Positions 10,606 to 22,200 of a stretch of DNA of 64,000 bases are shown here, piece by piece. Source of the DNA: Eledone cirrhosa. Its lineage: Eukaryota. The stretch lies in NCBI GenBank assembly GCA_964016885.1, contig OZ024740.1, positions 431,396,001-431,460,000 of the forward strand, in the 5' to 3' direction. Numbering within the stretch: position 1 is the stretch's first letter; the number at the start of each line of letters is the position of its first letter. A model generated the notes under the pieces. That model saw only the letters and a program-made list of their open reading frames with translations. It was not told the DNA's origin and searched no databases. The position numbers and the translations under genes are program-made.

Positions 10606-12136
10606 TTCATACATATTTTACAAATATCTTCAGACATATTTTACAAATATCTTCAGACATATTTTACAAATATCTTCAGACATATTTTACAAATATCTTC
10701 AGACATATTTTACAAATATCTTCATTCATATTTTACAAATATCTTCAGACATATTTTACAAATATCTTCAGACATATTTTACAAATATCTTCATACATAT
10801 TTTACAAATATCTTCAGACATATTTTACAAATATCTTCATACATATTTTACAAATATCTTCAGACATATTTTACAAATATGTTCATACATATTTTACAAA
10901 TATCTTCAGACATATTTTACAAATATCTTCAGACATATTTTACAAATATCTTCAGACATATTTTACAAATATCTTCATACATATTTTACAAATATCTTCA
11001 GACATATTTTACAAATATCTTCATACATATTTTACAAATATCTTCAGACATATTTTACAAATATCTTCATACATATTTTACAAATATCTTCAGACATATT
11101 TTACAAATATCTTCATACATATTTTACAAATATCTTCAGACATATTTTACAAATATCTTCATACATATTTTACAAATATCTTCAGACATATTTTACAAAT
11201 ATCTTCATACATATTTTACAAATATCTTCAGACATATTTTACAAATATCTTCAGACATATTTTACAAATATCTTCATACATATTTTACAAATATCTTCAG
11301 ACATATTTTACAAATATGTTCATACATATTTTACAAATATCTTCAGACATATTTTACAAATATCTTCAGACATATTTTACAAATATCTTCATACATATTT
11401 TACAAATATCTTCAGACATATTTTACAAATATCTTCAGACATATTTTACAAATATCTTCATACATATTTTACAAATATCTTCAGACATATTTTACAAATA
11501 TCTTCATACATATTTTACAAATATCTTCAGACATATTTTACAAATATCTTCATACATATTTTACAAATATCTTCAGACATATTTTACAAATATCTTCATA
11601 CATATTTTACAAATATCTTCAGACATATTTTACAAATATCTTCAGACATATTTTACAAATATCTTCAGACATATTTTACAAATATCTTCATACATATTTT
11701 ACAAATATCTTCAGACATATTTTACAAATATGTTCATACATATTTTACAAATATCTTCAGACATATTTTACAAATATCTTCAGACATATTTTACAAATAT
11801 CTTCATACATATTTTACAAATATCTTCAGACATATTTTACAAATATCTTCAGACATATTTTACAAATATCTTCATACATATTTTACAAATATCTTCAGAC
11901 ATATTTTACAAATATCTTCAGACATATTTTACAAATATCTTCAGACATATTTTACAAATATCTTCAGACATATTTTACAAATATCTTCATACATATTTTA
12001 CAAATATCTTCAGACATATTTTACAAATATCTTCAGACATATTTTACAAATATCTTCATACATATTTTACAAATATCTTCAGACATATTTTACAAATATC
12101 TTCAGACATATTTTACAAATATCTTCATTCATATTT
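10606..12136 (+). repeat. 23-bp tandem repeat CA(G/T)ACATATTTTACAAATATCTT, ~66 copies
   Basis: Directly visible and very homogeneous, with mainly one G/T dimorphism. Confidence 0.98.
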
Positions 12137-12421
12137 TTTTTAAACACATTTTCTAAAAAAATGTTTACTAAAATCTGGAAAACATTTGGTGTCCCTGTAA
12201 AGAGAAAAATATAACATAGAATTATAATTTATCCAGAAAGTATTAAAAATATTTGTAAAATTATAAATTTCTTGTAACTAGATTGGGAGAAGTATCATCA
12301 AGGAATTGATCCAAAAATATGACTAGTACTGGTGATGGAATTTAGTTTAGTGGTCTGTTACCATCTATATATATGAAAACATTAATATTCACTTACATGC
12401 TTGATATTCTTGGAAGAAAAC

Positions 12422-15400
12422 TAATGTAAAGTGGTTGTGTAGGTGACACAACAAAAAGCACCCAGTCCACACTGTAAAATGGTTGTGTTGGTGACACAAC
12501 AAAAAGCACCCAGTCCACACTGTAAAGTGGTTGTGTAGGTGATACAACAAAAAGCACCCAGTCCACACTGTAAAGTGGTTGTGTAGGTGACACAACAAAA
12601 AGCACCCAGTCCACACAGTAAAATGGTTGTGTAGGTGACACAACAAAAAGCACCCAGTCCACACTGTAAAATGGTTGTGTAGGTGACACAACATAAAAGA
12701 ACCCAGTCCACACTGTAAAATGGTTGTGTAGGTGTCGCAACAAAAAGCACCCAGTCAACACTGTAAAATGCTTGTGTAGGTGACACAACAAAAAGCACCC
12801 AGTCCACACTGTAAAGTGGTTGTGTAGGTGACACAACAAAAAGCACCCAGTTCCACTGTAAAGTGGTTGTGTAGGTGACACAAAAAAAGCACCCAGTCCA
12901 CACTGTAAAATGGTTGTGTAGGTGACACAACAAAAAGCACCCAGTCCACACTGTAAAGTGGTTGTGTAGGTGTTGCAACAAAAAGCACCCAGTCCACACT
13001 GTAAAGTGGTTGTGTAGGTGACACAACAAAAAGCACCCAGTCCACACTGTAAAATGGTTGTGTAGGTGACACAACAAAAAGCACCCAGTCCACACTGTAA
13101 AATGGTTGTGTAGGTGTTGCAACAAAAAGCACCCAGTCCACACTGTAAAATGGTTGTGTAGGTGACACAACAAAAAGCACCCAGTCCACACTGTAAAATG
13201 GTTGTGTAGGTGACACAACAAAAAGCACCCAATCCACACTGTAAAATGGTTGTGTAGGTGTCGCAACAAAAAGCACCCAGTCAACACTGTAAAATGCTTG
13301 TGTAGGTGACACAACAAAAAGCACCCAGTCCACACTGTAAAGTGGTTGTGTAGGTGACACAAAAAAAGCACCCAGTCCACACTGTAAAATGGTTGTGTAG
13401 GTGACACAACAAAAAGCACCCAGTCCACACTGTAAAATGGTTGTGTAGGTGTTGCAACAAAAAGCACCCAGTCCACACTGTAAAGTGGTTGTGTAGGTGA
13501 CACAACAAAAAGCACCCAGTCCACACTGTAAAATGGTTGTGTAGGTGACACAACAAAAAGCACCCAGTCCACACTGTAAAATGGTTGTGTAGGTGTTGCA
13601 ACAAAAAGCACCCAGTCCACACTGTAAAATGGTTGTGTAGGTGACACAACAAAAAGCACCCAGTCCACACTGTAAAATGGTTGTGTAGGTGACACAACAA
13701 AAAGCACCCAATCCACACTGTAAAATGGTTGTGTAGGTGTCGCAACAAAAAGCACCCAGTCCCCACTGTAAAATGGTTGTGTAGGTGTCGCAACAAAAAG
13801 CACCCAGTCCACACTGTAAAGTGGTTGTGTAGGTGACACAACAAAAAGCACCCAATCCACACTGTAAAATGGTTGTGTAGTTGTTGCAACAAAAAGCACC
13901 CAGTCCACACTGTAAAATGGTTGTGACACTGTAAAATGGTAGGTGACACAACAAAAAGCACCCAGTCCACACTGTAAAGTGGTTATGTAAGTGTTGCAAA
14001 AAAAAACACCCAGTCCACACTGTAAAATGGTTGTGTAGGTGACACAACAAAAAGCACCCAGTCCACACTGTAAAATGGTTGTGTAGGTGACACAACAAAA
14101 ATCACCCAGTCCACACTGTAAAGTCGTTGTGTAGGTGACACAACAAAAAGCACCCAGTCCCCACTGTAAAATGGTTGTGTACGTGACGCAACAAAAAGCA
14201 CCCAGTCCACACAGTAAAATGGTTGTGTAGGTGTTGCAACAAAAAGCACCCAGTCCACACTGTAAAATGGTCATGTAGGTGTTGCAACAAAAAGCACTCA
14301 GTCCACACTGTAATATGGTTGTGTAGGTGAAACAACAAAAAGCACCCAGTCCACACTGTAAAATGGTTGTGTAGGTGACACAACAAAAAGCACCCAGTCC
14401 ACACTGTAAAATGGTTGTGTAGGTGTCGCAACAAAAAGCATCCAGTCCACACTGTAAAGTGGTTGTCTAGGTGACACAACAAAAAGCACCCAGTCCACAC
14501 TGTAAAATGGTTGTGTAGGTGACGCAACAAAAAGCACCCAGTCCACACTGTAAAATGGTTGTGACACTGTAAAATGGTAGGTGACACAACAAAAAGCACC
14601 CAGTCCACACTGTAAAATGGTTGTGTAGGTGTTGCAACAAAAAGCACCCAGTCCACACAGTAAAATGGTTGTGTAGGTGACACAACAAAAAGCACCCAGT
14701 CCACACTGTAAAATGGTTGTGTAGGTGACACAACAAAAAGCACCCAGTCCACAATGTAAAGTGGTTGTGTAGGTGACACAACAAAAAGCACCCAGTCCAC
14801 ACTGTAAAATGGTTGTGTAGGTGACACAACAAAAAGCACCCAGTCCACACTGTAAAATGGTTGTGTAGGTGACACAACAAAAAGCACCCAGTCCACACTG
14901 TAAAATGGTTGTGTAGGTGACACAACAAAAAGCACCCAGTCCACACTGTAAAGTGGTTGTGTAGGTGACACAAAAAAAGCACCCAGTCCACACTGTAAAA
15001 TGGTTGTGTAGGTGACACAACAAAAAGCACCCAGTCCACACTGTAAAATGGTTGTGTAGGTGACACAACAAAAAGCACCCAGTCCACACTGTAAAGTGGT
15101 TGTGTAGGTGACACAACAAAAACCACCTGGTCCACACTGTAAAGTGGTCATGTAGGTGTCACGACAAAAAGCACCCAGTCCACACTGTAAAGTGGTTGTG
15201 TAGCTGATACAACAAAAAGCACCCAGTCCACACTGTAAAGTGGTCATGTAGGTGTCACGACAAAAAGCACCCAGTCCACACTGTAAAGTGGTTGTGTAGG
15301 TGACACAACAAAAAGCACCAGTCCACACTGTAAATTGATCATGTAGGTGACACAACAAAAAGCACCCAGTCCACACTGTAAAGTGGTCATGTAGGTGTCA

Positions 15401-15521
15401 CGACAAAAAGCACCCAGTCCACACTGTAAAGTGATCATGTAGGTGACACAACAAAAAGCACCCAGTCCACACTGTAAAGTGGTTGTGTAGGTGACACAAC
15501 AAAAGTTACCCAGTCCACACT
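12422..15521 (+). repeat. 48-bp tandem repeat AAAATGGTTGTGTAGGTGACACAACAAAAAGCACCCAGTCCACACTGT, ~64 copies, SINE-related
   Basis: Directly visible. The 16-aa period in the ORF track confirms the unit length. Confidence 0.98.
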
Positions 15522-15769
15522 AGATGCTATTCATATCACCTACAACTTTACAGAGTGTCCTGTGTGTATTTATCATGTAGATCACCATTTGTCATGCCCT
15601 TGATATGGCTGAAGGGTCCTCCCGACCCCTTGTTTGTTTACTTGGCAAGCACTCCATGGCCGGGAGCCATTTCTATCACCAACAATTTCATGAGGGGGTG
15701 GGGGTTGAAGAAGTGAAGTTGAGAATAACTGCTAGTGTGTGGTAGTGGGAGGGGACACAGGGTAGGTGA

Positions 15770-16200
15770 GGTCACATTGTATATTGCAGGTCGCGTATTC
15801 TTCAGCACCACATACTACCAGTCCTTGCGATCTGTAGTCATTTCTGTTGTTTAGCTTTCTAAGGTCAGTCCTTACAACCTCGTCCCATCTCTTCTGGGTC
15901 TGCCTCATCCATGGGTCCCAGCCACTGGGGTTTCCCTTCTTTTCTTTATGCAGCTGCCATTTTCCATACACATCAATGACCATACCAGGTCAGTCTTCTC
16001 TCTCGCACACTACAATCAACTCCTCTTATGCCAAGTTTTTCCCGCAGTTTGCTTACACTAACATTACACATCCATTGGAGCACTCTGATTTCTTTCCAGC
16101 TTCCGCAGGTCTTCTACAGTCAATGCCCATGTTTTACTGCCATATAACATTTCCGTCTGTACACAGGCATCATACAGTCTTCTCTTTAATCTGAAAGAAA
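15770..16200 (-). mobile_element. Degenerate RTE-clade LINE C-terminal fragment
   Basis: Minus strand reads FSFRLKRRLYDACVQTEMLYGSKTWALTVEDLRKLERN / LQWMCNVSVSKLREKLGIRGVDCSVRERRLTWYGH* ... QKRWDEVVRTDLRKL. Same family type as 3663-3975. Confidence 0.85.
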
Positions 16201-19200
16201 AGTAGGTTGTGGTGTTGAACTCTGTTAAAGTCATCCCAGGAGTAGGTTGTGGTGTTGAACTCTGTTAAAGACATCCCAGAAGTAGGTTGTGGTGTTGAAC
16301 TCTGTTAAAGACATCCCAGAAGTAGGTTGTGGTGTTGAACTCTGTTAAAGACATCCCAGGAGTAGGTTGTGGTGTTGAACTCTGTTAAAGACATCCCAGA
16401 AGTAGGTTGTGGTGTTGAACTCTGTTAAAGACATCCCAGAAGTAGGTTGTGGTGTTGAACTCTGATAAAGACCTCCCAGGAGTAGGTTGTGGTGTTGAAC
16501 TCCGTTAAAGACATCCCAGGAGTAGGTTATGGTGTTGGAACTCTGTTAAAGACATCCCAGAAGTAGGTTGTGGTGTTGAACTCTGATAAAGACCTCCCAG
16601 GAGTAGGTTGTGGTGTTGAACTCCATTAAAGACATCCCAGGAGTAGGTTATGGTGTTGGAACTCTGTTAAAGACATCCCAGAAGTAGGTTGTGGTGTTGA
16701 ACTCTGTTAAAGACATCCCAGGAGTAGGTTATGGTGTTGGAACTCTGTTAAAGACATCCCAGAAGTAGGTTGTGGTATTGAACTCTGTTAAAGACATCCC
16801 AGAAGTAGGTTGTGGTGTTGAACTCTGTTAAAGACATCCCAAAAGTAGGTTGTGGAGTTGAACTTTGTTAACGACATCCCAGAAGTAGGTTGTGGTGTTG
16901 AACTTTGTTAAAGAGATCCCAGAAGTAGGTTGTGGTGTTGAACTCTGTTAAAGACCTCCCAGGAGTAGGTTGTGGTGTTGAACTCTGTTAAAGACCTCCC
17001 AGGAGTAGGTTGTGGTGTTAGAACTCTGTTAAAGACATCCCAGAGTAGGTCGTGGTATTGAACTCTGTTAAAGACATCCCAGAAGTAGGTTGTGGTATTG
17101 AACTTTGTTAAAGACATCCCAGGAGTAGGTTGTGGTGTTGAACTCTGTTAAAGACATCCCAGAAGTAGGTTGGGGTATTGAACTTTGTTAAAGACATCCC
17201 AGAAGTAGGTTGTGGTATTGAACTCTGTTAAAGACATCCCAGAAGTAGGTTGTGGTGTTGAACTCTGTTAAAGACATCCCAGAAGTAGGTTGTGGTGTTG
17301 AACTCGGTTAAAGACATCCCAGGAGTAGGTTGTGGTGTTGAACTCTGTTAAAGACATCCCAGAAGTAGGTTGTGGTGTTAAACTCTGTTAAAGACATCCC
17401 AGAAGTAGGTTGTGGTGTTGAACTCTGTTAAAGACATCCCAGAAGTAGGTTGTGGTGTTGAACTCTGTTAAAGACATCCCAGAAGTAGGTTGTGGTGTTG
17501 AACTCTGTTAAAGACATCCCAGAAGTAGGTTGTGGTGTTGAACTCTGTTAAAGACCTCCCAGGAGTAGGTTGTGGTGTTGGAACTCTGTTAAAGACATCC
17601 TAGAAGTAGGTTGTGGTATTGAACTCTGTTAAAGACATCCCAAAAGTAGGTTGTGGAGTTGAACTTTGTTAAAGACATCCCAGAAGTAGGTTGTGGTATT
17701 GAACTCTGTTAAAGACATCCCAGGAGAAGATTGTGGTGTTGAACTCTGTTAAAGACATCCCAAAAGTAGGTTGTGGTGTTGAACTCTGTTAAAGACATCC
17801 CAGAAGTAGGTTGTGGAATTGAACTCTGTTAAAGACATCCCAAAAGTAGGTTGTGGAGTTGAACTTTGTTAAAGACATTCCAGAAGTAGGTTGTGGTATT
17901 GAACTCTGTTAAAGACATCCCAGGAGAAGATTGTGGAGTTGAACTTTGTTAAAGACATCCCAAAAGTAGGTTGTGGTGTTGAACTCTGTTAAAGACATCC
18001 CAGGAGTAGGTTGTGGTGTTGAACTCTGTTAAAGACATCCCAGGCGTAGGTTGTGGTTTTGAACTCTGTTAAAGACATCTCAGAAGTAGGTCGTGGTATT
18101 GAACTCTTATTATAGACATCCTACGAGTAGGTTGTGGTGTTGAACTCTGTTAAAGACATCCCAGGAGTAGGCTGTGGTGTTGAACTCTGTTAAAGACATC
18201 CCAGGAGTAGGTTGTGGTATTGAACTCTGTTAAAGACATCCCAGCAGTAGGTTGTGGTATTTAACTCTGTTAAAGACATCCCAGGAGTAGGCTGTGGTGT
18301 TGAACTTTGTTAAAGACATCCCAGGAGTAGGTTGTGGTATTGAACTCTGTTAAAGACATCCCTAAGGTAGGTTGTGGTGTTGAACTCTGTTAAAGACATC
18401 CCAGAAGTAGGTTGTGGTGTTGAACTCTGTTAAAGACATCCCAGGAGTAGGTTGTGGAGTTGAACTTTGTTAACGACATCCCAGAAGTAGGTTGTGGTAT
18501 TGAACTCTGTTAAAGACATCCCAGGAGAAGATTGTGGTGTTGAACTCTGTTGAAGACATCCCAAAAGTAGGTTGTGGAGTTGAACTTTGTTAAAGACATC
18601 CCAGAAGTAGGTTGTGGTGTTGAACTCTGTTATAGACATCCCAGAAGTAGGTTGTGGTGTTGAACTCTGTTAAAGACATCCCAGAAGTAGGTTGTGGTGT
18701 TGAACTCTGTTAAAGACATCCCAGAAGTAGGTTGTGGTGTTGAACTCTGTTATAGACATCCCAAAAGTAGGTTGTGGAGTTGAACTTTGTTCAAGACATC
18801 CCAGAAGTAGGTTGTGGTGTTGAACTCTGTTAAAGACATCCCAGAAGTAGGTTGTGGTGTTGAACTCTGTTAAAGACATCCCAGGAGTAGGTTGTGGTAT
18901 TGAACTCTGTTAAAGACATCCCAGAAGTAGGTTGTGGTATTGAACTCTGTTAAAGACATCCCAGGAGAAGATTGTGGTGTTGAACTCCGTTGAAGACATC
19001 CCAAAGGTAGGCTGTGGTGTTGAACACTGTTAAAGACATCTCAGAAGTAGGCTGTGGTGTTGAACTCTGTTAAAGACATCCCAGAAGTAGGTTGTGGTGT
19101 TAAACTCTGTTAAAGACATCCCAGAAGTAGGTTGTGGTGTTGAACTCTGTTAAAGACATCCCAGGAGTAGGTTGTGGTATTGAACTCTGTTAAAGACATC

Positions 19201-22200
19201 CCTAAGGTAGGTTGTGGTGTTGAACTCTGTTAAAGACATCCCAGAAGTAGGTTGTGGTGTTGAACTCTGTTAAAGACATCCCAGGAGTAGGTTGTGGAGT
19301 TGAACTTTGTTAACGACATCCCAGAAGTAGGTTGTGGTATTGAACTCTGTTAAAGACATCCCAGGAGAAGATTGTGGTGTTGAACTCTGTTGAAGACATC
19401 CCAAAAGTAGGTTGTGGAGTTGAACTTTGTTAAAGACATCCCAGAAGTAGGTTGTGGTGTTGAACTCTGTTATAGACATCCCAGAAGTAGGTTGTGGTGT
19501 TGAACTCTGTTAAAGACATCCCAGAAGTAGGTTGTGGTGTTGAACTCTGTTAAAGACATCCCAGAAGTAGGTTGTGGTGTTGAACTCTGTTATAGACATC
19601 CCAAAAGTAGGTTGTGGAGTTGAACTTTGTTCAAGACATCCCAGAAGTAGGTTGTGGTGTTGAACTCTGTTAAAGACATCCCAGAAGTAGGTTGTGGTGT
19701 TGAACTCTGTTAAAGACATCCCAGGAGTAGGTTGTGGTATTGAACTCTGTTAAAGACATCCCAGAAGTAGGTTGTGGTATTGAACTCTGTTAAAGACATC
19801 CCAGGAGAAGATTGTGGTGTTGAACTCCGTTGAAGACATCCCAAAGGTAGGCTGTGGTGTTGAACACTGTTAAAGACATCTCAGAAGTAGGCTGTGGTGT
19901 TGAACTCTGTTAAAGACATCCCAGAAGTAGGTTGTGGTGTTAAACTCTGTTAAAGACATCCCAGAAGTAGGTTGTGGTGTTGAACTCTGTTAAAGACATC
20001 CCAGGAGTAGGTTGTGGTATTGAACTCTGTTAAAGACATCCCAGAAGTAGGTTGTGGTGTTGAACTCTGTTAAAGACATCCCAGGAGTAGGTTGTGGTGT
20101 TGAACTCTGTTAAAGACATCCCAGAAGTAGGTTGTGGTATTGAACTCTGTTAAAGACATCCCAGAAGTAGGTTGTGGTGTTGAACTCTGTTAAAGACCTC
20201 CCAGGAGTAGGTTGTGGTGTTGAACTCTGTTAAAGACATCCCAGGAGTAGGTTGTGGTATTGAACTCTGTTAAAGACATCCCAGCAGTAGGTTGTGGTAT
20301 TTAACTCTGTTAAAGACATCCCAGGAGTAGGCTGTGGTGTTTAACTTTGTTAAAGACATCCCAGGAGTAGGTTGTGGTATTGAACTCTGTTAAAGACATC
20401 CCCAAGGTAGGTTGTGGTGTTGAACTCTGTTAAAGACATCTCAGGTGTAAGTTGTGGAGTTGAACTCTGTTAAAAACATCCCAGGAGTAGGTTGTGGTAT
20501 TGAACTCTGTTAAAGACATCCCAGGAGTAGGTTTTGGTGGTGAACTCTGTTAAAGACATCCCAGGAGTAGGTTGTTGTATTGAACTCTGTTAAAGGCATC
20601 CCAGGAGTAGGTTGTGGTGTTGAACTCTGTTAAAGACATCCCAGAAGTAGGTTGTGGTGTTGAACTCTGTTAAAGACATCCCAGGAGTAGGTTGAGGTAT
20701 TGAACTCTGTTAAAGAAATCCCAGGAGTAGGTTGTGGTATTGAACACTGTTAAAGACATATCAGAAGTAGGTTGTGGTGTTGAACTCTGTTAAAGACATC
20801 TCAGAAGTAGGTCGTGGTATTGAACTCTTATTATAGACATCCTACGAGTAGGTTGTGGTGTTGAACTCTGTTAAAGACATCCCAGGAGTAGGCTGTGGTG
20901 TTGAACTCTGTTAAAGACATCCCAGGAGTAGGTTGTGGTATTGAACTCTGTTAAAGACATCCCAGCAGTAGGTTGTGGTATTTAACTCTGTTAAAAACAT
21001 CCCAGGAGTAGGCTGTGGTGTTGAACTTTGTTAAAGACATCCCAGGAGTAGGTTGTGGTATTGAACTCTGTTAAAGACATCCCTAAGGTAGGTTGTGGTG
21101 TTGAACTCTGTTAAAGACATCCCAGAAGTAGGCTGTGGTGTTGAACTCTGTTAAAGACATCCCAGAAGTAGGTTGTGGTGTTGAACTCTGTTAAAGACAT
21201 CCCAGAAGTAGGTTGTGGTGTTGAACTCTGTTAAAGACATCCCAGGAGTAGGTTGTGGAGTTGAACTTTGTTAACGACATCCCAGAAGTAGGTTGTGGTA
21301 TTGAACTCTGTTAAAGACATCCCAGGAGAAGATTGTGGTGTTGAACTCTGTTGAAGACATCCCAAAAGTAGGTTGTGGAGTTGAACTTTGTTAAAGACAT
21401 CCCAGAAGTAGGTTGTGGTGTTGAACTCTGTTATAGACATCCCAGAAGTAGGTTGTGGTGTTGAACTCTGTTAAAGACATCCCAGAAGTAGGTTGTGGTG
21501 TTGAACTCTGTTAAAGACATCCCAGAAGTAGGTTGTGGTGTTGAACTCTGTTATAGACATCCCAAAAGTAGGTTGTGGAGTTGAACTCTGTTAAAGAAAT
21601 CCCAGGAGTAGGTTGTGGTATTGAACACTGTTAAAGACATATCAGAAGTAGGTTGTGGTGTTGAACTCTGTTAAAGACATCCCAGAGGTAGGTGGTGGTG
21701 TTGAACTCCGTTAAAGACATCTCAGGAGTAGGTTGTGGTATTGAACTCTATGAAAGACATCCTAGAAGTAGGTTGTGATATTGAACTCTGTTAAAGACAT
21801 CCCAGGAGTAGATTGTGGTGTTGAACTCTGTTAAAGACATCTCAGGAGTAGGTTGTGGTGTTGAACTCTGTTAAAGACATCTCAGGAGTAGGTTGTCGTG
21901 GTGAACTCTGTTAAAGACATCCCAGAAGTAGTTTGTGGTGTTGAACTCTGTTAAAGACATCCCAGGAGTAGGTTGTGGTGTTGAACTCTGTTAAAGACAT
22001 CCCAGGAGTAGGTTGTGGTGTTGAACTCTGTTAAAGACATCTCAGGAGTAGGTTGTGGTGGTGAACTCTGTTAAAGACATCCCAGGAGTAGGTTGTGGTA
22101 TTGAACTCTGTTAAAGACATCCCAGGAGTAGGTTGTGGTGTTGAACTCTGTTAAAGACATCCCAGAAGTAGGTTGTGGTGTTGAACTGTGTTAAAGATAT

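Noticed and set aside
10598-12214. 538/425/275-aa ORFs
   Set aside because: These are translations of the 23-bp repeat, which lacks stop codons on the + strand. All three frames give the same permuted peptide.
12389-15438. Cys/His-rich ORFs up to 617 aa resembling metal-binding repeat proteins
   Set aside because: The 48-bp unit is open in all three minus frames, indels shift frames freely, there are no unique termini, and the unit is SINE-derived.
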